Shown: piece after piece, positions 20,130 through 29,228 of the stretch
Position numbering within the stretch: position 1 is the first letter of the stretch
How the letters are laid out: every line of letters begins with the position of its first letter
Assembly: GCA_035269575.1 (NCBI GenBank)
Contig: DATFIZ010000108.1
Location: forward strand, 370-64,369
DNA: 64,000 nt
Source: Bacteroidales bacterium
GTDB taxonomy: Bacteria; Bacteroidota; Bacteroidia; Bacteroidales; UBA12077
Direction: 5' to 3'
The notes under the pieces: generated by a model
Database searches by the model: none
Told to the model about the DNA's origin: nothing
What the model saw: only the letters and a program-made list of their open reading frames with translations
Translations under genes and position numbers: made by a program

Positions 20130-22523
20130 ATGAAAAAAAAGCTATCCTATCAGCAGCTGGAACAAAAAGTCCGGCATCTTGAAAATAAGTTATCCAACTT
20201 GGAAAATAAAGAATCAGAGTTACAAGAACATCGTGAGAAGCTACATTTGGCCATGAGTGCTGCCAACTATTTCTCCTTCGAAATAAACCTTAGATTATTA
20301 AAAATAACCGCTTCAGAAGAGATATATGAAAACCTGGGTTATCCTAAAAAAGAACGGGCATCTTTAATACAGAATGCCGGCGGTTTAATCCACCCCGTTG
20401 ATTATGAAAAAATGAAAGCACACATTTTGTCCTATGGAAAAAACAAACCTTTAGCGTTTAATTTTGAATTTAGAATAAAACATAAAAACAAACACTGGGA
20501 ATGGTTTATAGCTACCGGTAAAAATACCGAATGGGATAACGAAGGAAAACCTTTGCGAATATTAGGATTACTAAAAAGCATACAAAAAGATAAAGAAGAT
20601 CAGATGAAATTAAGGGAAAGCGAAGAAAAATTTAAATCTCTCGCAACCCTTTTGCCGGAAGTTGTTTATGAAGCGGATATACAGGGTAATTTAACATTTG
20701 TAAACCTAAAAGCTTACGAAATTTTTGAATACACTACTGAAGATTTTAAAAATGGCCTCAATGCACTCCAGATGATAGCTCCGGAAGATTTACCCAGAGC
20801 CAGGGAAAATATCAAAAACATTTTAGTAAAAGAAAATATAAAAGGTATAGAATATACGGCCATAACCAAAAAAGGCAGAAAATTTCCTGTTTTGGTTTAC
20901 ACAAATCCAATCCTTCAAAATGATAAAATTACCGGTTTACGAGGAATAATTGTGGATATTTCTGAGCAAAAAAATTTAATTAAAAAACTCGGAAGAAGTG
21001 AAAAAAATTTTCACCAACTGGCTGACAATATAAACGATGCCTTTTGGCTCCGTACACTTGACCAAAAAATTATTTACATGAATCCGGCTTGTGAACAAAT
21101 TATCGGAGAAAATTCTAAAAACATTTTTGAAAATTTTAACGAGTATGAACAATGGATTCATCCTGAAGATAAAGAGGAAACGATTCGTCAAAAACTAGAC
21201 AATCAAAATCATCCTGAAAAAACACATTTTTATCAGCATCGAATCATAAGATCCGACAGACAAATACGATGGCTCTGGGTACGTACTTTCCCTGTCTTTA
21301 ATGAAAAAGGAGAATTGTATCGTCGTGCTGGGATTGCCAGCGACATTACCGAACAAAAAGCACTTCTTGATGAATTAACCAGGGCCAAAGAAAAAGCAGA
21401 AGAAAGTGATAAGCTCAAATCTGCCTTTTTAGCCAATATGTCGCATGAAATCAGAACACCCATGAATGGCATTTTGGGATTTGCCGAGCTTTTACGCGAC
21501 CCTTCTATTAGCGAAGAGGAAAAAGAAAACTATATTAAAATTATTAATTCAAACGGGAAGCAATTAATGAATCTTATTGACGATATTATTGATATTGCCA
21601 AAATTGAGGCGGAACAACTCTCCATAAACAAAAGTTATGTTAATTTAAATTCAATGATGGATGATGTTTATCTTCTTTTTAAACAGGAACAGATTCGATT
21701 AAACAAAGCCCATATTGATTTTACGTTAAAAAAACAAAAAGATAATCCGCCAATCTATACCGATAGCATTCGTTTAAAACAAATTTTAAATAACTTACTC
21801 CATAATGCTTTTAAATTTACAGATAAAGGATTTATAAAATTTGGTTATGAAAGCATCAAAGATAAAAATTGTTTCTTTTACCGTTTTTTTGTTTCGGATT
21901 CGGGTATAGGAATTTCCAAAGAAAAATCTGCCATTATTTTCAAACGTTTTGGACAAATTAAAAATCAAAATAAAAGAGTTTATCAGGGTACCGGTCTGGG
22001 TCTCTCTATATGTAAAGGATTAACGGAGTTATTAGGTGGAGAAATTTGGTTCGAATCAGCAGATGAAGAGACCTCTTTTTATTTTACCGTTCCGGTAAGT
22101 ATAAATTCTGAGGTAAATACAAAACCGTTAGAAAAAAACACAACATTAGAAAAATGGGATAATATAAAAATCCTGGTCGTTGAAGATAACAAAGATAACC
22201 TTGAACTTTTACGAACCCTGTTAGAAAAAAACGGAGCCGTCGTTTTAACTGCAAAAACAGGCGAAAAAGCAGTTGAGTTTATTCAAAAAGATAAATCAAT
22301 TCATATAGTACTTATGGATATCAGGTTACCACAAATGGATGGCTTTGAAACAACACAACGAATAAAAGCCATCAATCCCCATATTCCGGTAATTGCTCAA
22401 ACGGCTTATGCTTTGTATAACGATTGTGACATTTGTTTGAAAAACGGTTGCGACGACTATATTGCCAAACCGTTAAAAAAAGATGTTTTATTTAAAAAAA
22501 TAAATCACTACATTTACAAATAA
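20130..22523 (+). CDS. Hybrid sensor histidine kinase (coiled coil, about three PAS domains, HisKA, HATPase, receiver)
   Basis: 797 aa with H-box FLANMSHEIRTPMNGI, G-boxes DSGIGI and GTGLGLSI, and a C-terminal REC (ILVVEDN...LMDIRLPQMDG...KP). Confidence 0.9.
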   Translation: MKKKLSYQQLEQKVRHLENKLSNLENKESELQEHREKLHLAMSAANYFSFEINLRLLKITASEEIYENLGYPKKERASLIQNAGGLIHPVDYEKMKAHILSYGKNKPLAFNFEFRIKHKNKHWEWFIATGKNTEWDNEGKPLRILGLLKSIQKDKEDQMKLRESEEKFKSLATLLPEVVYEADIQGNLTFVNLKAYEIFEYTTEDFKNGLNALQMIAPEDLPRARENIKNILVKENIKGIEYTAITKKGRKFPVLVYTNPILQNDKITGLRGIIVDISEQKNLIKKLGRSEKNFHQLADNINDAFWLRTLDQKIIYMNPACEQIIGENSKNIFENFNEYEQWIHPEDKEETIRQKLDNQNHPEKTHFYQHRIIRSDRQIRWLWVRTFPVFNEKGELYRRAGIASDITEQKALLDELTRAKEKAEESDKLKSAFLANMSHEIRTPMNGILGFAELLRDPSISEEEKENYIKIINSNGKQLMNLIDDIIDIAKIEAEQLSINKSYVNLNSMMDDVYLLFKQEQIRLNKAHIDFTLKKQKDNPPIYTDSIRLKQILNNLLHNAFKFTDKGFIKFGYESIKDKNCFFYRFFVSDSGIGISKEKSAIIFKRFGQIKNQNKRVYQGTGLGLSICKGLTELLGGEIWFESADEETSFYFTVPVSINSEVNTKPLEKNTTLEKWDNIKILVVEDNKDNLELLRTLLEKNGAVVLTAKTGEKAVEFIQKDKSIHIVLMDIRLPQMDGFETTQRIKAINPHIPVIAQTAYALYNDCDICLKNGCDDYIAKPLKKDVLFKKINHYIYK

Positions 22524-22537
22524 AAATTGGAGATACT

Positions 22538-22885
22538 ATGCAACGATCATTAATTATTGGCTTATTAACAGCACTAATTCTGGTTATTTTTGCTTTAAGA
22601 AATGCTCACGAAGTAGCAATTAATTTTCTTTGGGGCGATCCGCTGAAAGGTTCTCTTTCATTAATTCTCCTGGTTACCATAATTATTGGTGTTATCTTGG
22701 GAATCATATTCTCTTATCCATCTATCTTAAAGCAGAAGAAAAAAGTATCGGAAAATAAAAAAGAAGTGGAAAAACTGAATACCATTTTAGCTGATTATAA
22801 AAAAGAATACGGCTTAAACCAAAAAGCCCGTGAAAAAGAAGAATCAGAAAATAAAAAGGAAAGTAATTCAGATACAGAAAAATAG
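22538..22885 (+). CDS. LapA-domain (DUF1049) small membrane protein with Lys/Glu-rich tail
   Basis: 115 aa with two TM helices followed by a charged low-complexity C-terminus. It starts 14 bp after the hybrid kinase gene. Confidence 0.6.
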   Translation: MQRSLIIGLLTALILVIFALRNAHEVAINFLWGDPLKGSLSLILLVTIIIGVILGIIFSYPSILKQKKKVSENKKEVEKLNTILADYKKEYGLNQKAREKEESENKKESNSDTEK

Positions 22886-22898
22886 CAATTTCTCTTTT

Positions 22899-23648
22899 TT
22901 ATTTTTTCCTTTTGCTTAGATAATACCGGTAGCCTATATTCATACTCAACGTTTGATTATAATAATATTGAGGATTCGGAATCATATCGCTTCCGGGCGA
23001 TTCAATGATGCTCCTGCTCCATATTATTTCAGCCAATAAACTTCCATTCCCCTTTTTAAAGGAGTATATATAACCACATCCGAGAAAAAAGCCCGGTTCG
23101 GTATTGTTCGCATGTCTTTCCCGGGTATACTCAGAATCAACGCCTGAAATACGAATGTCTCCTTTCTCTTTCGAATGTATCAAAAACCCTTTGAAAAATC
23201 CTGCCTGTATATAAAAATCATGGTTATTTAAAGGGATGTAAAAAGTAAGCGGTATTTCAAGCGTCCAAAAATTCTGATTCCAATAAATATCACCCTCAAC
23301 CTCTTCGTAGGATTGTAAATTAGGATTCCAGCACTCGGTTACATTTATTTGCGCACCTTTTTGAATATAACTTGCTCCTAAACCTATGGAAAAAAAACGA
23401 CTCAAGCGGTAATCTGTTGAAACATGAACATTAAAGCCTTTTTTAAACTTATTACTTGCCGGATGGTTGGCATAAAATGTTTCAGGAGTGGTGCCATTTA
23501 AGAAGGTTTCGCTTTTAACATCATCACCATACATATTGGCCCATGTTATTCCGCCTTTCAGTGAAAAGCTTAGTCTTTTTTCTGTTTTTTGCGCAAGGAC
23601 AGTCGTTACAGAAAAAATTAAAAGATGTAATAAAACTATTTTTCTCAT
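22899..23648 (-). CDS. Outer-membrane beta-barrel (porin-family) protein
   Basis: I prefer the start at MRKIVLLHLLIFSVTTVLAQ (signal peptide). The sequence has alternating amphipathic strands and an aromatic-rich C-terminus (IGYRYYL). Confidence 0.55.
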   Translation of the reverse strand: MRKIVLLHLLIFSVTTVLAQKTEKRLSFSLKGGITWANMYGDDVKSETFLNGTTPETFYANHPASNKFKKGFNVHVSTDYRLSRFFSIGLGASYIQKGAQINVTECWNPNLQSYEEVEGDIYWNQNFWTLEIPLTFYIPLNNHDFYIQAGFFKGFLIHSKEKGDIRISGVDSEYTRERHANNTEPGFFLGCGYIYSFKKGNGSLLAEIIWSRSIIESPGSDMIPNPQYYYNQTLSMNIGYRYYLSKRKK

Positions 23649-23667
23649 CCCTCTGAGCGTTAAATGT

Positions 23668-24099
23668 TTAATATTTATCAAAAATGATACTTTCTTCTTT
23701 TTTTATTCTTGATTCATCCAACGGGTACCTATTGGTCCATTGACGAAGCCCACCCTTTAAATTGTAAACTTTATTAAACCCCAATTCCTGACCCAGAATT
23801 TCAGCTGCCGTGCTACTTCGATCTCCATCATCGCAATAAAGATAAATAGGTGTGTTTGGATCTATTTTTTCACATAATGAGATGAGAGATTCTTTATTGA
23901 CTGCCGGCAAAGCTCCTTCTATCCTGCTTTTTCTATATTTTTTAAATAATCTTACATCAATTAAAAATACCTCTTGCGTATTTACAGCCAAATAAAATTG
24001 ATCTGCATCGAGATTAATATAATAATCCTCCGGCTTATTTTGAGCATAAATATTTAAGATATTATAAAAAAGAAAAAGCATAATAAAAATTTTCTTCAT
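23668..24099 (-). CDS. Rhodanese-like domain protein (secreted)
   Basis: I prefer the start at MKKIFIMLFLFYNILNIYAQ. The rhodanese active-site loop is LYCDDGDRS. Confidence 0.8.
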   Translation of the reverse strand: MKKIFIMLFLFYNILNIYAQNKPEDYYINLDADQFYLAVNTQEVFLIDVRLFKKYRKSRIEGALPAVNKESLISLCEKIDPNTPIYLYCDDGDRSSTAAEILGQELGFNKVYNLKGGLRQWTNRYPLDESRIKKEESIIFDKY

Positions 24100-24181
24100 A
24101 ACTTGTATATTTATTGCGTTATTACAAATGTAAATGTTTAATCTTAAGATATTCATATTTATACCCTTAAAACAATAAAAT

Positions 24182-25468
24182 ATGAAAATAGGAATTATAA
24201 TAGGTCGAATAGGCGGTGTTGATGGCGTTGCGCTGGAAACCGAAAAGTGGATAGAGGTGCTTCAACGCATGGGCCATGAAATTTTTATTATTTCGGGCCA
24301 GTTTGAAGGAAGAAAAATTGATTGTCAACATGAAACCCGTGTTCAGGAAATGTCTTTTTTTTCACCCGAAAGTTACTGGGAACAAAAAAAAGCCTATTTT
24401 AATCCGGATTACGATGAAGATGAATTACTTGAACATTTGCTATTATATGCGAATGTAATTGAATATAAAATCATTGAATGGGCACAGAAACATACCCTTC
24501 AGTTATTAATTTCCGAAAATGCTTCAGCATTACCATCCCATATTTCCATGGGATTAGCCATAAAAAAAGCCGTAAAAAAATTACAGATACCTACCATAAC
24601 TCACGACCATGATTTTGCCTGGGAAAGGGGCAACAGATATGTTTCTCCTCACCAAAAAATCAATCAAATTGTTAAAGAAACATTTCCCTTACAGTTACCA
24701 AACAGTTACCATGCAGTAATTAACCTGCATGCGCAAAAAACTTTAAAAGAAAAATACAATCGAGAATCCATTGTGGTTCCTAATGTTATGAATTTTGATA
24801 AACCTTTTGCCCAAATAACGGATCAGAACAAAGATTTACGCAAAGATTTAGGTCTTGATGATGATGATATTTTATTGTTTCAGATTACCCGGATTGTCCG
24901 CCGAAAAGGAATAGAAGCAGCAATTAAGCTCATTCATTTATTAAACAATCCAAAAATCAAACTCATTATTACCGGAAATTATGCTGATGATGCCGGAAGC
25001 GAATATTATATGGAACTGGTAGATTTAATTCATCAACTTAAAATTAGTAAACAAGTCCATTTTGCTTATCATAGCTTTTCTTCCAAAGGATTTGCCGGTT
25101 CAGCAAACGATAAAAGTTATTCTCTCTCAGATGCTTATGCACACGCTCGTGCCTGTACTTATTTTAGTACATACGAAGGTTTTGGTAACGCTTTTGTAGA
25201 AGCCGTTTTGGCCAGGAAACCCATATTTGTAAACAATTATAAACCTGTATACTGGCCGGATATCGGAAGCAAGGGATTTAAAACGGTTATGCTTGACGAT
25301 AACCAAATTACAGATAATGCTTTAAAGGAGATACAGGAAGTAATATACAATGATACATTAAATCATGAAATTGGCGAATATAATTTTCTGTTAGGAAAAA
25401 AATATTTTTCTTACGATACACTTGAAGAAAAACTTCATGCATTAATTGGGTTAGCATTAAAAAAATAA
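24182..25468 (+). CDS. GT-B fold glycosyltransferase (GT4-like)
   Basis: 428 aa with an E-x7-E-like region STYEGFGNAFVEAVLARKPIF. It shares four motif blocks with the N-terminal half of the 1390-aa protein encoded at 29229-33401. Confidence 0.75.
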   Translation: MKIGIIIGRIGGVDGVALETEKWIEVLQRMGHEIFIISGQFEGRKIDCQHETRVQEMSFFSPESYWEQKKAYFNPDYDEDELLEHLLLYANVIEYKIIEWAQKHTLQLLISENASALPSHISMGLAIKKAVKKLQIPTITHDHDFAWERGNRYVSPHQKINQIVKETFPLQLPNSYHAVINLHAQKTLKEKYNRESIVVPNVMNFDKPFAQITDQNKDLRKDLGLDDDDILLFQITRIVRRKGIEAAIKLIHLLNNPKIKLIITGNYADDAGSEYYMELVDLIHQLKISKQVHFAYHSFSSKGFAGSANDKSYSLSDAYAHARACTYFSTYEGFGNAFVEAVLARKPIFVNNYKPVYWPDIGSKGFKTVMLDDNQITDNALKEIQEVIYNDTLNHEIGEYNFLLGKKYFSYDTLEEKLHALIGLALKK

Positions 25469-25541
25469 TCTTTTTTTATCTCCTTCCCGTATTTTATACC
25501 ATACGCTGCAGGAGTCTCATAAATCACTTATAGTTAAATGA

Positions 25542-25919
25542 TTACAATTTAGAAAAACTCCTTTCTATAGCCTCCGGGCTTAATTCTTCTTTTATAATAT
25601 AATTACGAGCCCCGGCTTCGAGCATTTTTTTAACATCCTCGAGTTCGGAATGGAAAGAAACGGCTACAACCTTGATGTTACGATACAAATCAATAATCTT
25701 TCGGGTAGTCTCAATGCCATTCATTACCGGCATTTCTAAATCCATAAAAACAATGTCAATGGCATCTCTTTTTAAGATATCAAGACATTCTGCGCCATTC
25801 GACGCTTCAAAGATTTCTTCAACTCTATCGGCAAAATTTTCCTGTAAAAGAAACTTAAATGCTTCTATAAATTGTTTATTATCATCTACAATAAGTATTA
25901 CCATATGGCTGATTTTCAA
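25542..25919 (-). CDS. Stand-alone response-regulator receiver (CheY-like, no output domain)
   Basis: 125 aa with ILIVDDN, phospho-acceptor context VFMDLEMPVMNG and a conserved Lys in YIIKE. Its start lies 3 nt after the kinase stop. Confidence 0.9.
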   Translation of the reverse strand: MKISHMVILIVDDNKQFIEAFKFLLQENFADRVEEIFEASNGAECLDILKRDAIDIVFMDLEMPVMNGIETTRKIIDLYRNIKVVAVSFHSELEDVKKMLEAGARNYIIKEELSPEAIERSFSKL

Positions 25920-25922
25920 TTT

Positions 25923-28085
25923 TTAGCTTTTTTTATCCTCTTCTTTTTCCGCTTTGGCCATTAACGTAAACTTAAATCCATTAAAATTCTCATAAAATTT
26001 ATAATCGCCCTGTATTGAATTCACCCGATTAATGATATTAAATAATCCCATTCCTTGTGCTTTCGCTGACGATAAATGTTTTTTATCCAACCCAATACCA
26101 TCATCCTTATAACACAACTGCAGTTCACCATTACTATATTGCAAATTTACGTCAATATTTTTAGCCCGGGCATGTTTTAGGGTGTTATTTAACAGCTCTT
26201 TAATAATCCTGAAATAAACAATTTCTGTTTTAAGCGGAAACCTTTTATCTTTTACATTGGATTTGAACCGGATAGAAATAACATTCTCTGTTTTTTGGAT
26301 AAAAGATTTAATGGCTGCTTCCAATCCGTATTTATTCAATATATAAGGACTAATAGCATTGGATACTTCACGAACATTATCAACTGTTTCTTTAATCAAT
26401 TCCTGAAGTTTTGTTTTAATGTATATTTGTTTTGCTTCTTCTCCTTTTGGGTTTAATGATTCAATATACACCTTCAAACTAGATAATAACGGACCAATTT
26501 CATCGTGTATATCACTGGCTAATCTTTGTCGTTCGCGTTCCTCCGTTTCAATAATGGTTTCGTAAATCCGTTGTTCAAACTCTTTTCTTTCAGAGATATC
26601 ACGAACAATAGCTTGTACTGTTTTCTTTTTGTGTAAATCAAAAATATTAAGACTTACTTCGGTATAAAAATTTTTTCCATCTGCTTTTTGATGTACCCAT
26701 TCAAAAATCTTCGGTTTATCTTGTATTGCTTCCTTTATCTTTTCTCTTGCTTTTTCTTTTGATTTTTTCCCATCAGGTTGTTTTTCAGGACTAAATTTAT
26801 ACGGTGTTTGCCCAATAATTTCTTTTTTGGAGCATCCAAATAACTCCAGTGTTTTTTCATTACAATCAATAAAAACATCTTCGTTCATAAGCATAATCGC
26901 ATCACTGGCATTTTCAAAAAGCAACCGGTATTTTTGTTCACTTTCAATCATTGCCAGTTCTGCTTTTTTACGTTTTGTAATATCCTCAATAAGTCCTATT
27001 CCGGAAATAAAATGATGGTTTTCATCGTATATACACTTAAAAACACCTTTTACAAAGGTTGTTTTTTCTCCGGTTACCGAAGTATACCAGTCTTCAAAGA
27101 CTGCTTTACCTTCTTTTAAAGACTGTTCAACTTTTTTTATTAATTCATTATTATTTAAATCTTCAATCATGTGTAAACCCACCAGCTGTTCTTTCGAAGA
27201 ACCAATAATATTTACAAGATTCTGATTACAGTCTGTAATTACACCATATTGGTCGTAATGTAAAATCCCAAGCGGAGCATAATTAAATACATTTCTATAT
27301 TTTTCTTCACTTTCAACTAACGCTTTTTCTGCTGCTTTACGGGCAGATAGATCTCGAAATAAAGCCTGCATGCGCCCGTCTTCCAAAATCTTTGTATTCA
27401 TTTCTACCGGAATTAACCGTCCATCTTTACAAACGATATTTCTTTCTTTGATAATCGTATTACCAACTTTTATTAAATCATACCTTAACGGATTATCTTT
27501 AAGTTCATTTTTTGTGAACAACCCATTGATATTATTTCCTATTAATTCATGCTTATTATAACCTGTTAAATCACAAATACTTTTATTGGCATCAATAATT
27601 TCACCTTTTCCAACACCTACTAAAATACCATCTGCTGCCTGATCAAATAGCAAACTATACAATTCCTCACTTTTTGTCAGGTTATTCTCATATTCCTTTT
27701 GTTTGGATATATCCCTCCAGATAGCAAAAAGAAAATTTTTGTTATGAAAAGGGATTTTTGTTAGCGTAACATCTAAATATAATGATTCTCCTTCTTTATT
27801 TAAATGCATCCATTCAAAACGATGGTATCCCCTTTCATAAGCATTTTTCATCATTTTTTTTGCTTTATCCAACGATCTTTCTCCATCGGGTTGGTATTCC
27901 GGCGATAAAATTGTTTCCAGCTCCTCTTGAAATTCATCTTTTGAAGAATAGCCTAATAATGTAAGTGTTGCAGGATTACAATCAATAAATTGAAAGTTTT
28001 TAAAAATCAATATGGGATCATAGGACAAATCGAACAATAAACGGAACGATTCCTGGCTTTCAAAAAGTTTAACGATTGAATTCAT
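25923..28085 (-). CDS. Multi-PAS sensor histidine kinase with HisKA_3-type dimerisation/phosphoacceptor domain
   Basis: 720 aa, cytoplasmic with no TM segment seen. It has about four PAS/PAC units, the H-box LASDIHDEIGP (NarX/DegS-type) and a HATPase with DDGIGL and GMGLFNI. Confidence 0.9.
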   Translation of the reverse strand: MNSIVKLFESQESFRLLFDLSYDPILIFKNFQFIDCNPATLTLLGYSSKDEFQEELETILSPEYQPDGERSLDKAKKMMKNAYERGYHRFEWMHLNKEGESLYLDVTLTKIPFHNKNFLFAIWRDISKQKEYENNLTKSEELYSLLFDQAADGILVGVGKGEIIDANKSICDLTGYNKHELIGNNINGLFTKNELKDNPLRYDLIKVGNTIIKERNIVCKDGRLIPVEMNTKILEDGRMQALFRDLSARKAAEKALVESEEKYRNVFNYAPLGILHYDQYGVITDCNQNLVNIIGSSKEQLVGLHMIEDLNNNELIKKVEQSLKEGKAVFEDWYTSVTGEKTTFVKGVFKCIYDENHHFISGIGLIEDITKRKKAELAMIESEQKYRLLFENASDAIMLMNEDVFIDCNEKTLELFGCSKKEIIGQTPYKFSPEKQPDGKKSKEKAREKIKEAIQDKPKIFEWVHQKADGKNFYTEVSLNIFDLHKKKTVQAIVRDISERKEFEQRIYETIIETEERERQRLASDIHDEIGPLLSSLKVYIESLNPKGEEAKQIYIKTKLQELIKETVDNVREVSNAISPYILNKYGLEAAIKSFIQKTENVISIRFKSNVKDKRFPLKTEIVYFRIIKELLNNTLKHARAKNIDVNLQYSNGELQLCYKDDGIGLDKKHLSSAKAQGMGLFNIINRVNSIQGDYKFYENFNGFKFTLMAKAEKEEDKKS

Positions 28086-28096
28086 AAAAAATAATT

Positions 28097-29224
28097 TTAT
28101 TCAAATAATAAATCAGCCATAATATGATCGGAAATAAACATTCCTTTTTCCGATAATTTTATTTGATCATTATTTTGTATACAAAAATTTTTATCTAAAT
28201 ATTTTTTTATCTTTTTTAAAAAATATTTTTTATATGAAGGACCAAAATTCAAAACAAGTTTTTCCAAATTTAATCCCCACATGGTTCGAAAAGATGTTAT
28301 GATAAAATCGTTATATTTTTCTTTTAGAGTTAAAATTTCTTTTTCATAAGGCACTTTTCCTTTTGATATTTCGTCAAGATATACATGCAGATTTGAAATA
28401 TTCCATTGTCGTGAAGTTAAATTATACGAATGTGCCGAAGGTCCTAATCCTAAATACTTTACACCCATCCAATAATTGGTATTATGTAATGAAATAAATC
28501 CATCTTTGGCAAAATTTGAAATTTCATAATGTAAAAATCCATTGGCCGCTGTTTTTTCGACCAAAAGCTGAAATTGTTCTAAACTTATTTGTTCGTCGGG
28601 TAATTGAATTTTATTTTGGTCATACCACTTTTTAAAAAGTGTTTTGGGTTCAATGGTTAAGTGATAAGCAGAAATATGCTGTACTTCCAATTGAAACATT
28701 TGATTTAAATTTTGTTGCCATTTTTTCAGCGTTAAATTAGGCAAACCATACATTAAATCCACAGAAATATTTTCAAATCCCTGATTTTTGGCATCATAAA
28801 CCGATTGAATGGCTGTTTGGGATTGATGTGTTCTTCGTATCAATACTAAGTCATCATCATCAAACGATTGTATACCAATACTTAACCGATTAAAACCCAA
28901 TTTTTTTAACGCTTTTAAAAAGGTTATGCTTAAATTTTCAGGATTGGCTTCGAGGGTTAGCTCAACATTTTTGTCCAAGCTAAAATTTTCATACAAAGCA
29001 TTTAGTATTTTTCCCAGCTGTTCAATAGAAAACAACGATGGTGTTCCTCCTCCAAAATAAATGGTTTGTACCCTTTCACTGCCTAAATAATGCTTTTGCA
29101 GATAGATTTCTTTAAGGATGGATTGTACAAAATCATCTTTATATTTTGGATTAGTCAACGAAAAAAAATCACAATACGCACATTTGTGGGCACAAAACGG
29201 AATATGTAAATAAATACCTGCCAA
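28097..29224 (-). CDS. hemW: Radical SAM family heme chaperone HemW (oxygen-independent coproporphyrinogen oxidase-like)
   Basis: 375 aa with the radical-SAM cluster motif CAHKCAYCDF and the GGGTPS motif. Confidence 0.9.
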   Translation of the reverse strand: MAGIYLHIPFCAHKCAYCDFFSLTNPKYKDDFVQSILKEIYLQKHYLGSERVQTIYFGGGTPSLFSIEQLGKILNALYENFSLDKNVELTLEANPENLSITFLKALKKLGFNRLSIGIQSFDDDDLVLIRRTHQSQTAIQSVYDAKNQGFENISVDLMYGLPNLTLKKWQQNLNQMFQLEVQHISAYHLTIEPKTLFKKWYDQNKIQLPDEQISLEQFQLLVEKTAANGFLHYEISNFAKDGFISLHNTNYWMGVKYLGLGPSAHSYNLTSRQWNISNLHVYLDEISKGKVPYEKEILTLKEKYNDFIITSFRTMWGLNLEKLVLNFGPSYKKYFLKKIKKYLDKNFCIQNNDQIKLSEKGMFISDHIMADLLFE

Positions 29225-29228
29225 TTGT

